Shown piece after piece: positions 16,719-26,539 of a DNA stretch of 50,094 bases (position 1 is the stretch's first letter; each line of letters begins with the position of its first letter). The notes below the pieces were generated by a model that was given only the letters and a program-made list of their open reading frames with translations, searched no databases and was not told where the DNA came from. The stretch lies in assembly GCA_964543275.1 (NCBI GenBank), contig CAZIWW010000001.1, positions 36,003 to 86,096 on the forward strand. The letters are read 5' to 3'. The translations under genes and the position numbers were made by a program. Source of the stretch: an uncultured Bdellovibrionales bacterium (lineage in GTDB: Bacteria; Patescibacteriota; Minisyncoccia; Moranbacterales; UBA11712).

Positions 16719-17909
16719 ATGATTTTAAGAAATATTTTTAGGAAATTTGTTAAGTTATTAATTGTAATCGGAGCTGCAGCTGCTCTTTTTTTGGCCACCG
16801 TGGTGAGCGAAGACGAAATCTGCAACATAAAGAATTATATTTTTAAAAAAAGTCAGGAAGCTGAAGTTAAAATTCCAGAATTGCGCGGACCTAAAATAGA
16901 AAGTTACCGGTGGGAATACGCCGGTTCGCGCTATGAAATAACCGAGACTCTTTATCAATCTACTTACGAGTATTACAAGTCGAGGCCGAAAGAATATAAA
17001 TATATGGAGGAATTGCCGGATGACTGGAAGGAGGAATATTTCAATATGTTCACGAAGGAAGCCAAAGGAGACGATATTTTTTTAAAAATTGCCGAAGATA
17101 TCCAAACCGAGGGGATAAAAAATAATTTATCCAGCGATCAAATAGTTGAATTGACTGTAGCCTTTGTTCAATCTATACCTTACGATGAAGAACGAGCCAA
17201 GAGTATTCTGGCCGACGGCAATAGCCAAACTCCCAATTATCCCTATGAAGTTTTGTATGAAAGGAAAGGAATTTGCTCCGACAAAAGTTTTTTAGCTGCG
17301 GCGCTTTTGGACAAGCTGGGCTATGGAGTAGCGATTTTTGACTATGAAACCGAAAAACATATGGCTGCGGGAGTAAAATGCCCTCAGAAATATTCCGCCT
17401 ATAATTCAGGCTATTGCTACGTTGAAACAACTTCTCCCGGCAATAAAATCGGGATGATTCCCGATTTGGAAGCCGGGACAAATAGAACCGCCGCAATGGA
17501 GGAGTTGAGCTATTTTAATGAAGATTTAAGCGAGAATACTCGGCTGAAAAAACTCGGAGAGGTTGAAATATTTCTTAAATCGGACGGAAAAACTTACAAC
17601 GGGATTGTTAAAACTTTTGAGACGCTGGAAGAAATTAATTCTTTAAAGCAGGATATATTTTCTGAAAGTGGCCGGCTGACGAATTTGGCTAAGCATCTAA
17701 AAACTTATCAGGATAAGCTGGAGAAGATGGCTAAAAAACTGGAAAAATTGAAAGCCGACAATAATTATGATGGTTACAACCAGCTGGTTCCCGAGTACAA
17801 TAATTTAGCATTCTTGTATAAACAAAAGGTAAATGAGTACAACCGGGGAGTTGACGTTTATAATCAGAAGGTTGAAAGATATAATAAACTCGTTAGAGAG
17901 TTTTATTAA
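16719..17909 (+). CDS. Anchored protein with a transglutaminase-like core (tentative) and a coiled-coil C-terminus
   Basis: N-terminal TM. RKGICSDKSFLAAALLDKLGYGVAIFDYETEKHMAAGV resembles a Cys-His transglutaminase-like core. C-terminal heptad-like region. Confidence 0.4.
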   Translation: MILRNIFRKFVKLLIVIGAAAALFLATVVSEDEICNIKNYIFKKSQEAEVKIPELRGPKIESYRWEYAGSRYEITETLYQSTYEYYKSRPKEYKYMEELPDDWKEEYFNMFTKEAKGDDIFLKIAEDIQTEGIKNNLSSDQIVELTVAFVQSIPYDEERAKSILADGNSQTPNYPYEVLYERKGICSDKSFLAAALLDKLGYGVAIFDYETEKHMAAGVKCPQKYSAYNSGYCYVETTSPGNKIGMIPDLEAGTNRTAAMEELSYFNEDLSENTRLKKLGEVEIFLKSDGKTYNGIVKTFETLEEINSLKQDIFSESGRLTNLAKHLKTYQDKLEKMAKKLEKLKADNNYDGYNQLVPEYNNLAFLYKQKVNEYNRGVDVYNQKVERYNKLVREFY

Positions 17910-17922
17910 GTTGTTTAATTTT

Positions 17923-18198
17923 ATGCTTCAGCGTCTTGATGTAAAAGTTCGCGGCTTAGTTCAAGGAGTGTTTTTTAGATATGCTGCCAAAGAAAAAGCC
18001 CGGCAGCTTGGCATTAAAGGCTGGGTGAAAAATTTGCCGGACAGCAGTGTGCAGATTAGCGCCGAAGGCGAGAGTGAAGATTTGAAAAAATTTCTGGATT
18101 GGTGCCGCAAAGGTCCGTCTGGCGCTAGGGTGGAGAAAGTTGAATACGAATTCAATAATAATTTTGAAGGCTTTGATGATTTTGAGATTGTTTGCTAA
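17923..18198 (+). CDS. acyP: Acylphosphatase
   Basis: VRGLVQGVFFRYAAKEKARQLGIKGWVKNLPDSSVQISAEG...GPSGARVEKV is the classic acylphosphatase signature. Start at ATG 17923. Confidence 0.8.
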   Translation: MLQRLDVKVRGLVQGVFFRYAAKEKARQLGIKGWVKNLPDSSVQISAEGESEDLKKFLDWCRKGPSGARVEKVEYEFNNNFEGFDDFEIVC

Positions 18199-18516
18199 CT
18201 TTTATCAATTTTTCCAATTTCGTTTGTATTTTTATTTTTCCCAGACGGGAACAGGGTTGCGCTCTACTCCTCGCAACTTACAAAGTGCAGGACTATGCGA
18301 ATCAGGCCGTGAACTTATTACTGCTGAAGCGCGATATGTTAGCGGGCTTGCGCGAGTTTCTGTATGTGTTAGTTGGCGCAAAACTCAAAACGCAAAGCGC
18401 CCACCTGCTTTGAAATGCGGAGTGTAAAGCATTTCGGGCAGGCGAGACTGCGGCGTAAAGCTTAAAACTTTTTGGACTAGTTTTGAGTTTTGCGCTTTGA
18501 TCTTCTTAGATGAAAA

Positions 18517-18546
18517 TAAAAAAACTGGTCTTTTAGCGCGACCAAT
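18517..18546 (-). terminator. Rho-independent terminator candidate for the GtrA-like gene
   Basis: On the minus strand: TTGGTC-GCGCTAAAA-GACCAG followed by TTTTTTT. Confidence 0.5.
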
Positions 18547-18573
18547 TTTCGATTGTGTTTTGGGTTGATTTAT

Positions 18574-19212
18574 CTACTTCTTAAACACCCAAAACTTATA
18601 TCCTACAAAATTCCATGTTAGCACAACCACAGAAGCGACAGCGGTGGCGATGTTGGCCCAGGTCTTGATGCTAATGCCGGCCTGGGGACCAATGACGTTA
18701 ACTATGAAGGAAGCTGTGCCAGCGTTCAATATTAAGCCGATTACACTGACAGCTAAAAACTGCATAAACTCTTTTCCGGATTCTTTGACATTTTTATCTT
18801 TCTTCTTAAAGGCCCATAATTTGTTCCAAAAGAAACTATTGGTAACAGCAACCATAAAGGAAATTGATTTAAAAAGGGTGAAGAGCCAGCCGGAAGCGAT
18901 GCCGGTCAGGAAAATCAGTAAATTAAGAACTCCAAAATCCACAGCGAAATTGGCAGATCCGATAGCTCCAAATTTTGCTAGCTGGAAAGTGAATCTAGCG
19001 AATCTTGATAAGAAATGTCCGACGTAAACCCCCGCGGCCGCTAGCAGAGTAAAGAAGATTATTATAGCGAGATATTTAGGCAGAGAAATCTGTAGGCCCA
19101 GATTTTTCAGGACTATGGGGATTAGAGCTCCGAAAATAAATCCGTTTAAGGCGGCAAAGATGAGATCGTGTTTGGTTAGCTTGGTTTTGTCGCTGGTTTT
19201 TTTGTTTTTCAC
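18574..19212 (-). CDS. GtrA-family membrane protein
   Basis: 212-aa polytopic ORF. NFAVDFGVLNLL and C-terminal FVGYKFWVF are typical of GtrA-like proteins. Confidence 0.6.
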   Translation of the reverse strand: MKNKKTSDKTKLTKHDLIFAALNGFIFGALIPIVLKNLGLQISLPKYLAIIIFFTLLAAAGVYVGHFLSRFARFTFQLAKFGAIGSANFAVDFGVLNLLIFLTGIASGWLFTLFKSISFMVAVTNSFFWNKLWAFKKKDKNVKESGKEFMQFLAVSVIGLILNAGTASFIVNVIGPQAGISIKTWANIATAVASVVVLTWNFVGYKFWVFKK

Positions 19213-19335
19213 CTATGTTTCTATAAAACAATTAAATCCATCTCTAACTTTCCCTTTGATAAAGTAATGGGGTCTGCCTTTACCCTTTGCAAAGGAGAAG
19301 TTGGAAGGGGATTTTTGAATAAGACTCTTAAATAA

Positions 19336-20079
19336 TCACTCAACCGGCTTACTGGCCTCTTCTCTTAGTTTTTCCAGTTCTGGAGTCCACTCGTCAATGA
19401 TATCATCGCGGGTGCTGCTTTCCAGCTTTCCGTCTTTTCCTATTTTCTCTTCAGCCTTTTCTGAAGGCTCTTCTCCTCCAGAATTGAAAGCGCGCGTCTC
19501 TTCCGCGGATCCTTTCTTGATGACATTTTCAATGGCGCCCCAAACAGCTTCGCTATCTCGAGGGACGATCAGGGCGACTTCGTCTCCCGGCTCGGCTTTG
19601 AAATAGGTAATGGAAGCCAGCAAGACTCGATATGCTTTTCCGCCGGCTATGATTACATAATTTCCCAGATCATCCTGACTAACAATCCCGATTAGCGTTT
19701 TTCTTTCCGCCGGTCCGATTTGTTTGTAAATAAAAGAACCGTCTGGGGTAATGGTCAGCTTAAGCATATCTCCTTCCACCAACTTGGATTTGGAAGCATA
19801 GTTGGCTGGAACGGGATACTGTTTACCGTCGGTTCCAATCATAACTTGGCCGTCAAAAACTCCTTCCACTATTTCTCCTTCTTCGGTTGAAGCCGGAATA
19901 ACTCTAGCCGGTTTCTTTCCGGAAGTTCCTTCTATTTGAGCCAGCATAGCTTTAGCTGACTCAATAGTTCTTTGAGCGTTGGAGATCATCTCTCGGATGG
20001 CGGCAATTTTTTTGACGTCCTTTTGGCTGTCTTTATTTTTTTCCTCTTTTTCCTTTTTGGCCATTTGCTCATCATACAA
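19336..20079 (-). CDS. Hypothetical protein (acidic termini, beta-rich centre)
   Basis: 247-aa ORF with a TTG start at 20079; an alternative ATG lies at 20064. Strong upstream promoter. Confidence 0.55.
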   Translation of the reverse strand: MYDEQMAKKEKEEKNKDSQKDVKKIAAIREMISNAQRTIESAKAMLAQIEGTSGKKPARVIPASTEEGEIVEGVFDGQVMIGTDGKQYPVPANYASKSKLVEGDMLKLTITPDGSFIYKQIGPAERKTLIGIVSQDDLGNYVIIAGGKAYRVLLASITYFKAEPGDEVALIVPRDSEAVWGAIENVIKKGSAEETRAFNSGGEEPSEKAEEKIGKDGKLESSTRDDIIDEWTPELEKLREEASKPVE

Positions 20080-20152
20080 GCAATCGACCTAAATGTCAAT
20101 GCGGAATTGCCCGATTGCTTGTTTTTTGTGTTTGTATTTATATTACATTCGA

Positions 20153-20209
20153 ATTATACAATTGCTTTCGAAAAATGGCAAGGCGATGGATTTAAAAAAT
20201 TGTGGATAA
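20153..20209 (-). promoter_or_regulatory. Sigma-70-type promoter with an upstream DnaA-box 9-mer
   Basis: On the minus strand: TTATCCACA (20201-20209), TTGCCA (20176-20181), a 17-nt spacer, TATAAT (20153-20158). Confidence 0.6.
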
Positions 20210-20260
20210 TTGATTTATCAGCGCAGACGTTTATTTAGTCTTTTTTTATTTGTCATATTC

Positions 20261-23200
20261 TTATTGCCCATTCACAATTCTTTCAATTCTTACATAGGCC
20301 CTTTTTGAAATATGCTCCGCTAAACTATAGACAACAGGGATAACCACCAATGTCAGCGCTGAAGAAACAAGCAGTCCGCCGATAACCGCGATAGCCATAG
20401 GACGCATCATTTCCGAACCTTCCTGCCGAGCCAGCGCCATTGGCAACATGCCCAAGATAGTGGTAATGGAGGTTATTAAAATCGGGCGCAGACGAGTTGT
20501 TCCGCCTTCCACTAGAGCGTCGAATTTGCTTAATCCTCTTTCGCGCAACTGGTTGACGTAGTCAATCAGCACAATAGCGTTGTTAACCACAATGCCGGCT
20601 AGCATTATAATTCCCATAAAGGAAGGCAGTGATAAAGTTTGTCCGGTTATGAACAGCGCCAAGCCTATTCCAATAAAGGCTAGCGGCAGTTCAAACATAA
20701 CAACAAAAGGATGAATTAAAGATTCAAATTGTGATGCCATTATCATATACACCAGCAAAATTCCGAGCGCTAAAGCCCAGCCCAGCGTTCCAAATGTTTC
20801 CCGCATTTGTTTGTACGAGCCGCCATATTCAATGAAGTATCCTTGAGGCAGCCGCGTCTCGTCTGTTTTTTTCCGAATGTCGCTCATTACGCCGCCGATG
20901 TCTCTGTCAACGACGTTGGCGGTGACTGAAGCTACTCTCAATTGATCTTCGCGGTTGATTTTTATGGGTCCCTCGCCATGGGAAATTTGAGCTACCTGCT
21001 GAAGCAGTATCCGGCTTCCGGCAGGAGTATTAATGGAAAAGTTTTTTATTCCTTCTATGTCGTTTCGGTAAGCCTCGTCGTAGCGCACTCTTATATCTGT
21101 TTCTTCTCCTCCCTGTCGGAATTGGGTAGCCACTGTTCCCTGCATAGAATCTTTAATCGCGGAAGCAATTTGTCCAATGGTTAAATTAAAATGGGCGGCT
21201 CGTTCGCGATCAATGTTGATAATCAGCTCCGGTTTGCCTTCGCTTAAAGTGGTGTCGGCGTCGCGCACGCCAGGCACATCCTTAATCTCTTGAGCGATCT
21301 TATCAGAAATGCTTTTTAGCTTGTCTAAATCTTTTCCGAAAACTTTAATTTCGATTGGAGAACTTGAGCCGCTTATTAAAACCTTGCCCATATCCATAAA
21401 GTTAATCTCCAAACCTCTTATTCTAGGAAGTTTTCTTCTTATCATCTCTTGAATTTCTTCGGCTGAATACTTTCTATCCATCTTGTTTTTTAGTCTAATG
21501 AAAATTTGGGCTTCGTTAGCACCAGCCGCTCCAAGTCCCGAAGCAGCGCTTTCACCTCTGCTCGCTTCATCCAAACCAGCAAAGCTGGTAACGGTTGTCA
21601 CTCCTTCAATGTTAATTAAATCGCTTTCTATCTGGCTTACGACTTTATTGGTTTCCTCCAAAGATGTGCCAATGGGCATTTTAGCCATCAATAGCATCAT
21701 ACTTTGATCGCTGACTGGCATAAATTCAGTGCCGATAAAGGGAATTAATGCAATGGTTATTGCCAGCAGTCCGATTGTTGTTGCCATAGTCTTTAAACGA
21801 TGGTTCAACGACCACCGTAAAATCTTCTTATAGACATTCTTTACTTTAACAAAATGTTTTTTGCCAGACGCTTCTTGATAATCTTCCGCCCGTTCTCTTT
21901 TCTTGAAAATCTTGGAAGCGATCATTGGCACTAAAGTCAAGGCTACAAACAAGGAAGAGAATAAAGCAAAAATAATAGTCAAGGCTAGGCCCCGGGATAA
22001 TTGTCCGGTGATGCCTGTTCCAAGAGTCATTGGCACAAATACGGCCGCGGTGGTCAGAGTAGCGGCGGTGATGGCCATTCCAACTTCGTTAGATCCAATA
22101 ATAGCCGACTTTTTCCTCTGGCCTGTCTTTTCCAAATGGCGGTAGATGTTCTCAATCACCACTACCGCATTGTCAACCAGCATGCCGATTCCCAGCGCCA
22201 GCCCTCCCAGAGTCATTAAGTTTAAAGTATAGCCAACGGCATAGATGGGAATAAAGGTGGCAATTAAAGACAGAGGGATGGCCACAGCGATAGCCGCGGT
22301 CGGCCGCCAATTTCTCAAAAACAAATAAATTATCAGCACAGCCAGCAATCCGCCGATTATTCCGCTTTGCATCACAGAGCTAGTCGAAGTCTTGATTAAA
22401 TGGCTTTGATCCATTACTAGCTTGAAATCAACATCTTGGGGAAGATATTTTTCTACTTTCGGCATCTCGCTTTTAACTGCGTCGGCAACTTGAGAAGTAT
22501 TGGCCCCCGATTGCTTGTTTACCAGCAACAGAACACTGTCTTTTCCATTAGTTCGAGAATAGCTTCTTGATTCCTTGTGTGTGTCAATCACTTCTGCCAC
22601 ATCTTTCAAATAAGTCGGGGTATTGTTATTGACCGCGATAACAATATTTTCTATCTCGGCCAAATTTTCAAATTTTCCCACCGTTCGCAAAGGAAGCTCA
22701 AGCAGTCCCTGCTCTATAAATCCGCTGGACAAATTTATGTTTTCTCCGCGCAAAACTTGAACAACTCGAGCTTGAGTTATGTTATAGGCTTCGAGTTGCG
22801 GCTTATTTAGCTTAACCAAAATCTCCCGTTCTTGACCGCCCCTCAATTCTACCGAGGACACGCCGTCTAACCTTTCAATCTTGTCCTTAACATTATCTTC
22901 CAGAAGATTTTTCAACTCCAAAGTGGTTAAATTATCAGAAGTAACGCCGTAGCCCAACACTGGCATAGCTTCCACATCCATCTTAATCACCATTGGTTTG
23001 TTGGCGTCCGGCGGCAGTCGGTTTTCTATCAAGCCGACTTTATCTCTGATGTCTTGGGCGGCAAAGTCAATGTTAGTGCCGCTTTCAAACTCAACCATAA
23101 CTATGGAAACTCCTTCCTGGGAAATGGAGCGCAACGATTTAACGTCTTTTACGGTAGCAACCGCGTCTTCGATTGGCTTAGTAATCACGTCTTCAATATC

Positions 23201-23380
23201 TTCGGAGACCACTCCTTGGTAAGAAGTAACTACCGAAACTACAGGAAATTCAATATCGGGCAGCATATCCAGTCCCAGGCGGCCTACAGAGACAAAACCA
23301 AAAACAACAATGATCAGAACTATCATGGTTATAGTTACCGGTTTGTCGACTGAAAATTTAGGAAGATTCATATGCGTCAA
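20261..23380 (-). CDS. RND efflux transporter permease (AcrB/HAE1-like)
   Basis: 1039 aa. Twelve-TM, two-large-loop architecture, with N-terminal FSVDKPVTITMIVLIIVVFG and other AcrB-like motifs. Confidence 0.9.
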   Translation of the reverse strand: MTHMNLPKFSVDKPVTITMIVLIIVVFGFVSVGRLGLDMLPDIEFPVVSVVTSYQGVVSEDIEDVITKPIEDAVATVKDVKSLRSISQEGVSIVMVEFESGTNIDFAAQDIRDKVGLIENRLPPDANKPMVIKMDVEAMPVLGYGVTSDNLTTLELKNLLEDNVKDKIERLDGVSSVELRGGQEREILVKLNKPQLEAYNITQARVVQVLRGENINLSSGFIEQGLLELPLRTVGKFENLAEIENIVIAVNNNTPTYLKDVAEVIDTHKESRSYSRTNGKDSVLLLVNKQSGANTSQVADAVKSEMPKVEKYLPQDVDFKLVMDQSHLIKTSTSSVMQSGIIGGLLAVLIIYLFLRNWRPTAAIAVAIPLSLIATFIPIYAVGYTLNLMTLGGLALGIGMLVDNAVVVIENIYRHLEKTGQRKKSAIIGSNEVGMAITAATLTTAAVFVPMTLGTGITGQLSRGLALTIIFALFSSLFVALTLVPMIASKIFKKRERAEDYQEASGKKHFVKVKNVYKKILRWSLNHRLKTMATTIGLLAITIALIPFIGTEFMPVSDQSMMLLMAKMPIGTSLEETNKVVSQIESDLINIEGVTTVTSFAGLDEASRGESAASGLGAAGANEAQIFIRLKNKMDRKYSAEEIQEMIRRKLPRIRGLEINFMDMGKVLISGSSSPIEIKVFGKDLDKLKSISDKIAQEIKDVPGVRDADTTLSEGKPELIINIDRERAAHFNLTIGQIASAIKDSMQGTVATQFRQGGEETDIRVRYDEAYRNDIEGIKNFSINTPAGSRILLQQVAQISHGEGPIKINREDQLRVASVTANVVDRDIGGVMSDIRKKTDETRLPQGYFIEYGGSYKQMRETFGTLGWALALGILLVYMIMASQFESLIHPFVVMFELPLAFIGIGLALFITGQTLSLPSFMGIIMLAGIVVNNAIVLIDYVNQLRERGLSKFDALVEGGTTRLRPILITSITTILGMLPMALARQEGSEMMRPMAIAVIGGLLVSSALTLVVIPVVYSLAEHISKRAYVRIERIVNGQ

Positions 23381-23391
23381 AAGTGATAAAA

Positions 23392-24519
23392 TTATTTCCT
23401 AATTTTAACTTTGTCTCCCTCGCTCAACTTATAATTTCCATTAATTACCAATCGGTCTCCCTCGCTTAGCCCTTCAGTAACTTTTAAAGTATTGTTGTCG
23501 ATGCTTTCAGTGCGGACGGGTTTAATTTCGATTTGCAGATCTTTGTTAACCGTATAAACTTTCTCGATGCCGCCTTCTTTAAATACCGCCGATCTGGGCG
23601 CTACTAACGCATTTTCTTGTTTATCGGTGACAATTTTTACATTAGCTACCATTCCCGCTTTAATTTTTCTATCCTTATTTTCAAGACGAATTTTGACGGG
23701 GAATTTTTTACTTGCAGGATCGGCTGAAGAACCAACATAATAAACCTCGCCTATAAATTTATCGTCGGGGCAGGATGCTAAATTTACCTCAACCTCTTGG
23801 CCGGAAGTTATTTTTGAAATGTCAAATTCGGTTACCCCAGCCTCGATTTTGACTTTATTACTATTGGCTATGGTGGCTATAGGAGCTTTAACGGAAGCTG
23901 TATCCCCGTTGTCTAAATTTATTTTACTTATAAAACCATCCGACGGCGCTTTGATTGAATATTTATCCAGTTGAGACTGTATATAGTCGACTTGCCCTTG
24001 GGCGGCATCCACCTGTCCCTCGGCGGCGTCGATTGATAATTCAGCCTTTTTCTTAACAGCTTTGTACGCAGAAGTGCCTTTGGCGTCTCTTTTCAGTTGT
24101 TTTTGCAGCTTTTTAGTATTTTCCGCGCTTTCTTTGGCGATTTTCAAGTTTATTTTAGCGTTTTCAAAGTTAACTAGAAGAGAGTTGTCCGGTTCTAATT
24201 TTGCTAAAATTTGTCCCTTCTTTATATAATCTCCCTCCGAATGATAAAAGTCGGCAACTTTGCCGTTTATCTCGGGATAAATTTCAACTTCTTCGAAAAA
24301 TTCAGTGACGGCGGAAACGGAAATGCCTTGCGTAATAGTCTCCGGAGACATTTTTTTAACTTGAACAGCTATTGCATTTTCGCCGGATTTAAGATTTGCG
24401 CTGGAAGCATTGTCTTCAGCTTTGCCGGTTAGCAAATAACGCGTTCCGATTCCTAAACCGGCAATTAAAATGGCGGCGAGAATTAGACGCATTTTTTTAC
24501 TGCTATATGACTTTTGCAT
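23392..24519 (-). CDS. RND efflux periplasmic adaptor (HlyD/MFP family)
   Basis: 375 aa. N-terminal anchor, coiled-coil hairpin, and beta-barrel motifs (GMVANVKI, LVAPRSAV). Lies 11 nt upstream of the pump gene. Confidence 0.8.
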   Translation of the reverse strand: MQKSYSSKKMRLILAAILIAGLGIGTRYLLTGKAEDNASSANLKSGENAIAVQVKKMSPETITQGISVSAVTEFFEEVEIYPEINGKVADFYHSEGDYIKKGQILAKLEPDNSLLVNFENAKINLKIAKESAENTKKLQKQLKRDAKGTSAYKAVKKKAELSIDAAEGQVDAAQGQVDYIQSQLDKYSIKAPSDGFISKINLDNGDTASVKAPIATIANSNKVKIEAGVTEFDISKITSGQEVEVNLASCPDDKFIGEVYYVGSSADPASKKFPVKIRLENKDRKIKAGMVANVKIVTDKQENALVAPRSAVFKEGGIEKVYTVNKDLQIEIKPVRTESIDNNTLKVTEGLSEGDRLVINGNYKLSEGDKVKIRK

Positions 24520-24625
24520 AATTAATTTACTTACTGCTTATATGCGCTCTGGAGTTTCTGAAAATCCTAATAAGACTCTCTTGTTCTTTATGATTAAGCA
24601 TGGTTAAAATTTTCTGCGCGCGCTT

Positions 24626-25438
24626 TTAGACCTCCCTTGCTTTTTTGCGTAGCGATTCCTTTAATTGAGACAGTGATGTTTTTGCGGCTTTTTCTCCGGA
24701 CAGGACAATATCCTCGCCATTTAAAAATTTATTCCAATATACATTGCCCTTTGGCTCTGGCGTTATAATTAGGTCCGCTTTTTGACAGCTATAATCAGCT
24801 AAGTGGTAGCGCAGGATATTTAAGGAACTGTTGGCAATTTTCAGAAAACCCACTTTACTGTTTTGTCCGTTGCGGAAATAATGCGCTTCTGTGTTAACCG
24901 CGATAACAAAGTCGGCTCCCATATCTTTTACCGCTTTTACCGGCACAGGCAGTGATAGGCCTCCGTCGGCTAGCCGCTTTCCAAGATGTTTTACCGGCTT
25001 GAAAACCAGTGGAGTGGAAATGCTGGCGCGGACTGCCGACGCTACTTCACCCCTGTTAAGATAAACTGTTTGGCCGTTGCCGATGTCGGTTGCTACAGCC
25101 GTGAAAGGAATTTTTAGATCTTGAAAATTTATTTTGTCAACATAGCTTTCAATAAATTTTCTTATTTTTTCGCCTCTGATCAACCCTTGGCGCAGTGAGG
25201 GGTCAATTAATGAAAAAATTCGGCGCCAGTCGGTGTCAAACGCTATTTTTTCTATTTGCTTGATATCTTTAGTTGCCGCGTAAAAACCTCCGACCAAAGC
25301 GCCAATACTTGAGCCAGCAATAAAATCAATCGGAATGTTGTTTTCTTCTAAGACTTTAATGATGCCAATGTGGGCTAGTCCCTTGGCGCCGCCGCTGCCT
25401 AGGGCCAAGCCTATCTTTAATCTTTTTTTATCTGTCAT
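24626..25438 (-). CDS. Patatin-like phospholipase
   Basis: GLALGSGGAKGLAHIG (oxyanion Gly-rich loop), GSSIG (GxSxG) and ADGG (catalytic Asp). Confidence 0.85.
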   Translation of the reverse strand: MTDKKRLKIGLALGSGGAKGLAHIGIIKVLEENNIPIDFIAGSSIGALVGGFYAATKDIKQIEKIAFDTDWRRIFSLIDPSLRQGLIRGEKIRKFIESYVDKINFQDLKIPFTAVATDIGNGQTVYLNRGEVASAVRASISTPLVFKPVKHLGKRLADGGLSLPVPVKAVKDMGADFVIAVNTEAHYFRNGQNSKVGFLKIANSSLNILRYHLADYSCQKADLIITPEPKGNVYWNKFLNGEDIVLSGEKAAKTSLSQLKESLRKKAREV

Positions 25439-25620
25439 GGTTTTTTAGCAATCTCTATTTCCAGCGCTTTTAATTATTTAATTATTTTATCTCTGCTTTT
25501 TTAATCTCGAAATAATAAGACTTGCCGATGTCAAGCCGGAAGGTTAGCTAGCGGATAATCAGGCAATGCCAATCAATAAAACATTGCAAGACGCTCAATA
25601 TAATTGAGCGCCTGGAATAT

Positions 25621-25758
25621 CTATTGACTAAACGGCCACTTGTTTTCCGACCATGCCCAGTAGAGGTAGCCGGCAATCGCTAAAATTACTACAACTCCAA
25701 CAATAATTCCAATAGTTGTCGGACTTGACCAGCTGATGTCTGTTAAAAATGCTGGCAT
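25621..25758 (-). CDS. Candidate 45-aa single-TM small protein
   Basis: MPAFLTDISWSSPTTIGIIVGVVVILAIAGYLYWAWSENKWPFSQ. It fills the tetR-patatin gap on the same strand. No clear SD. Confidence 0.25.
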   Translation of the reverse strand: MPAFLTDISWSSPTTIGIIVGVVVILAIAGYLYWAWSENKWPFSQ

Positions 25759-25817
25759 TTTTTTGGTTTTTTAGCTAAATTATTAATGCCCTTAAGGCGG
25801 GCTAATCCTCGACCTAA

Positions 25818-26405
25818 TTAGAATAAAATCAAAATAATCTGATTTGAAACTTTTTCTGGGTTGATTTTTTTGTCTAGAAATGAGTATTCCAAAAGCAAAG
25901 CATCCATCATGCCGGTCAGCAATGCGGTTACTAATTTGCTATCGGCCTTTCTAGCTAATTTTTTATTTCTTAACACGTCCTCAATTAACGGTTGAATTCT
26001 CTCGGCAACCTGCTCTCTTAATTGGATAACATAATTTCTTATTTGAGAGTTGGTTGGAGAGATCTTTAGCATTAGCGCTTTGATGAGATTCTTTTCTATG
26101 AGGCCAAAGCTTAAATAGTTTCTGATAAGTTTGCGCAGTTTTCTATCAGTTGTTTTTTCGTCAAACGCTTCGGCGATGGATAAGTTTAAATTATCAAAGA
26201 CCTCGTTGAGCACCTCTTTATAAATCTCCGCTTTGCCGGTAAAGTGGTAATAAAGAGCGGCTTTGGTAATGTTAAGTTTTTTGGCAATGTCGCTCATAGA
26301 AACGCCCAGGTAACTGTGTTCTGAAAAAAGACGGCGGGCGACTTCGATGATACGCTTTTTGGTGTTCTGAAAGATTTCTTCTTGTTGCGCCTCGGTTATT
26401 TTCAT
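25818..26405 (-). CDS. TetR/AcrR-family transcriptional regulator
   Basis: N-terminal HTH ARRLFSEHSYLGVSMSDIAKKLNITKAALYYHF. Confidence 0.85.
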   Translation of the reverse strand: MKITEAQQEEIFQNTKKRIIEVARRLFSEHSYLGVSMSDIAKKLNITKAALYYHFTGKAEIYKEVLNEVFDNLNLSIAEAFDEKTTDRKLRKLIRNYLSFGLIEKNLIKALMLKISPTNSQIRNYVIQLREQVAERIQPLIEDVLRNKKLARKADSKLVTALLTGMMDALLLEYSFLDKKINPEKVSNQIILILF

Positions 26406-26434
26406 AACTTTATAGGTTGTTATTTTATAAATCT

Positions 26435-26452
26435 ACTTACCGCTCGGTAAGT
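26435..26452. promoter_or_regulatory. 18-nt palindromic operator candidate
   Basis: ACTTACCG-CT-CGGTAAGT, with perfect 8-nt arms, just downstream of the predicted tetR -10. Confidence 0.55.
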
Positions 26453-26478
26453 TATTTATAGTGTATCAAAGTAAGTAA

Positions 26479-26494
26479 ATGTCTGTCAAGACAT
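26479..26494. promoter_or_regulatory. 16-nt palindrome overlapping the tetR -35
   Basis: ATGTCT-GTCA-AGACAT. The minus-strand TTGACA lies inside it. Confidence 0.45.
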
Positions 26495-26510
26495 CGTTTT
26501 TGTTTCTTTA

Positions 26511-26539
26511 TTGACTCACAAATCTCTTTTTATTAAGAT
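26511..26539 (+). promoter_or_regulatory. Promoter candidate for the YkuK-like gene
   Basis: TTGACT (26511-26516), 17-nt spacer, TAAGAT (26534-26539). Confidence 0.45.

Noticed and set aside
18140-18427. ORFs 18140-18427(+) and 18192-18413(+) in the convergent spacer
   Set aside because: They overlap each other and the acyP end, have no start context, and cover hairpin-rich GC-rich sequence that is better explained as a structured repeat.
20942-23353. Several 70-100-aa plus-strand ORFs inside the RND pump gene
   Set aside because: They are antisense to a well-supported 1039-aa gene and have no start context or motifs.
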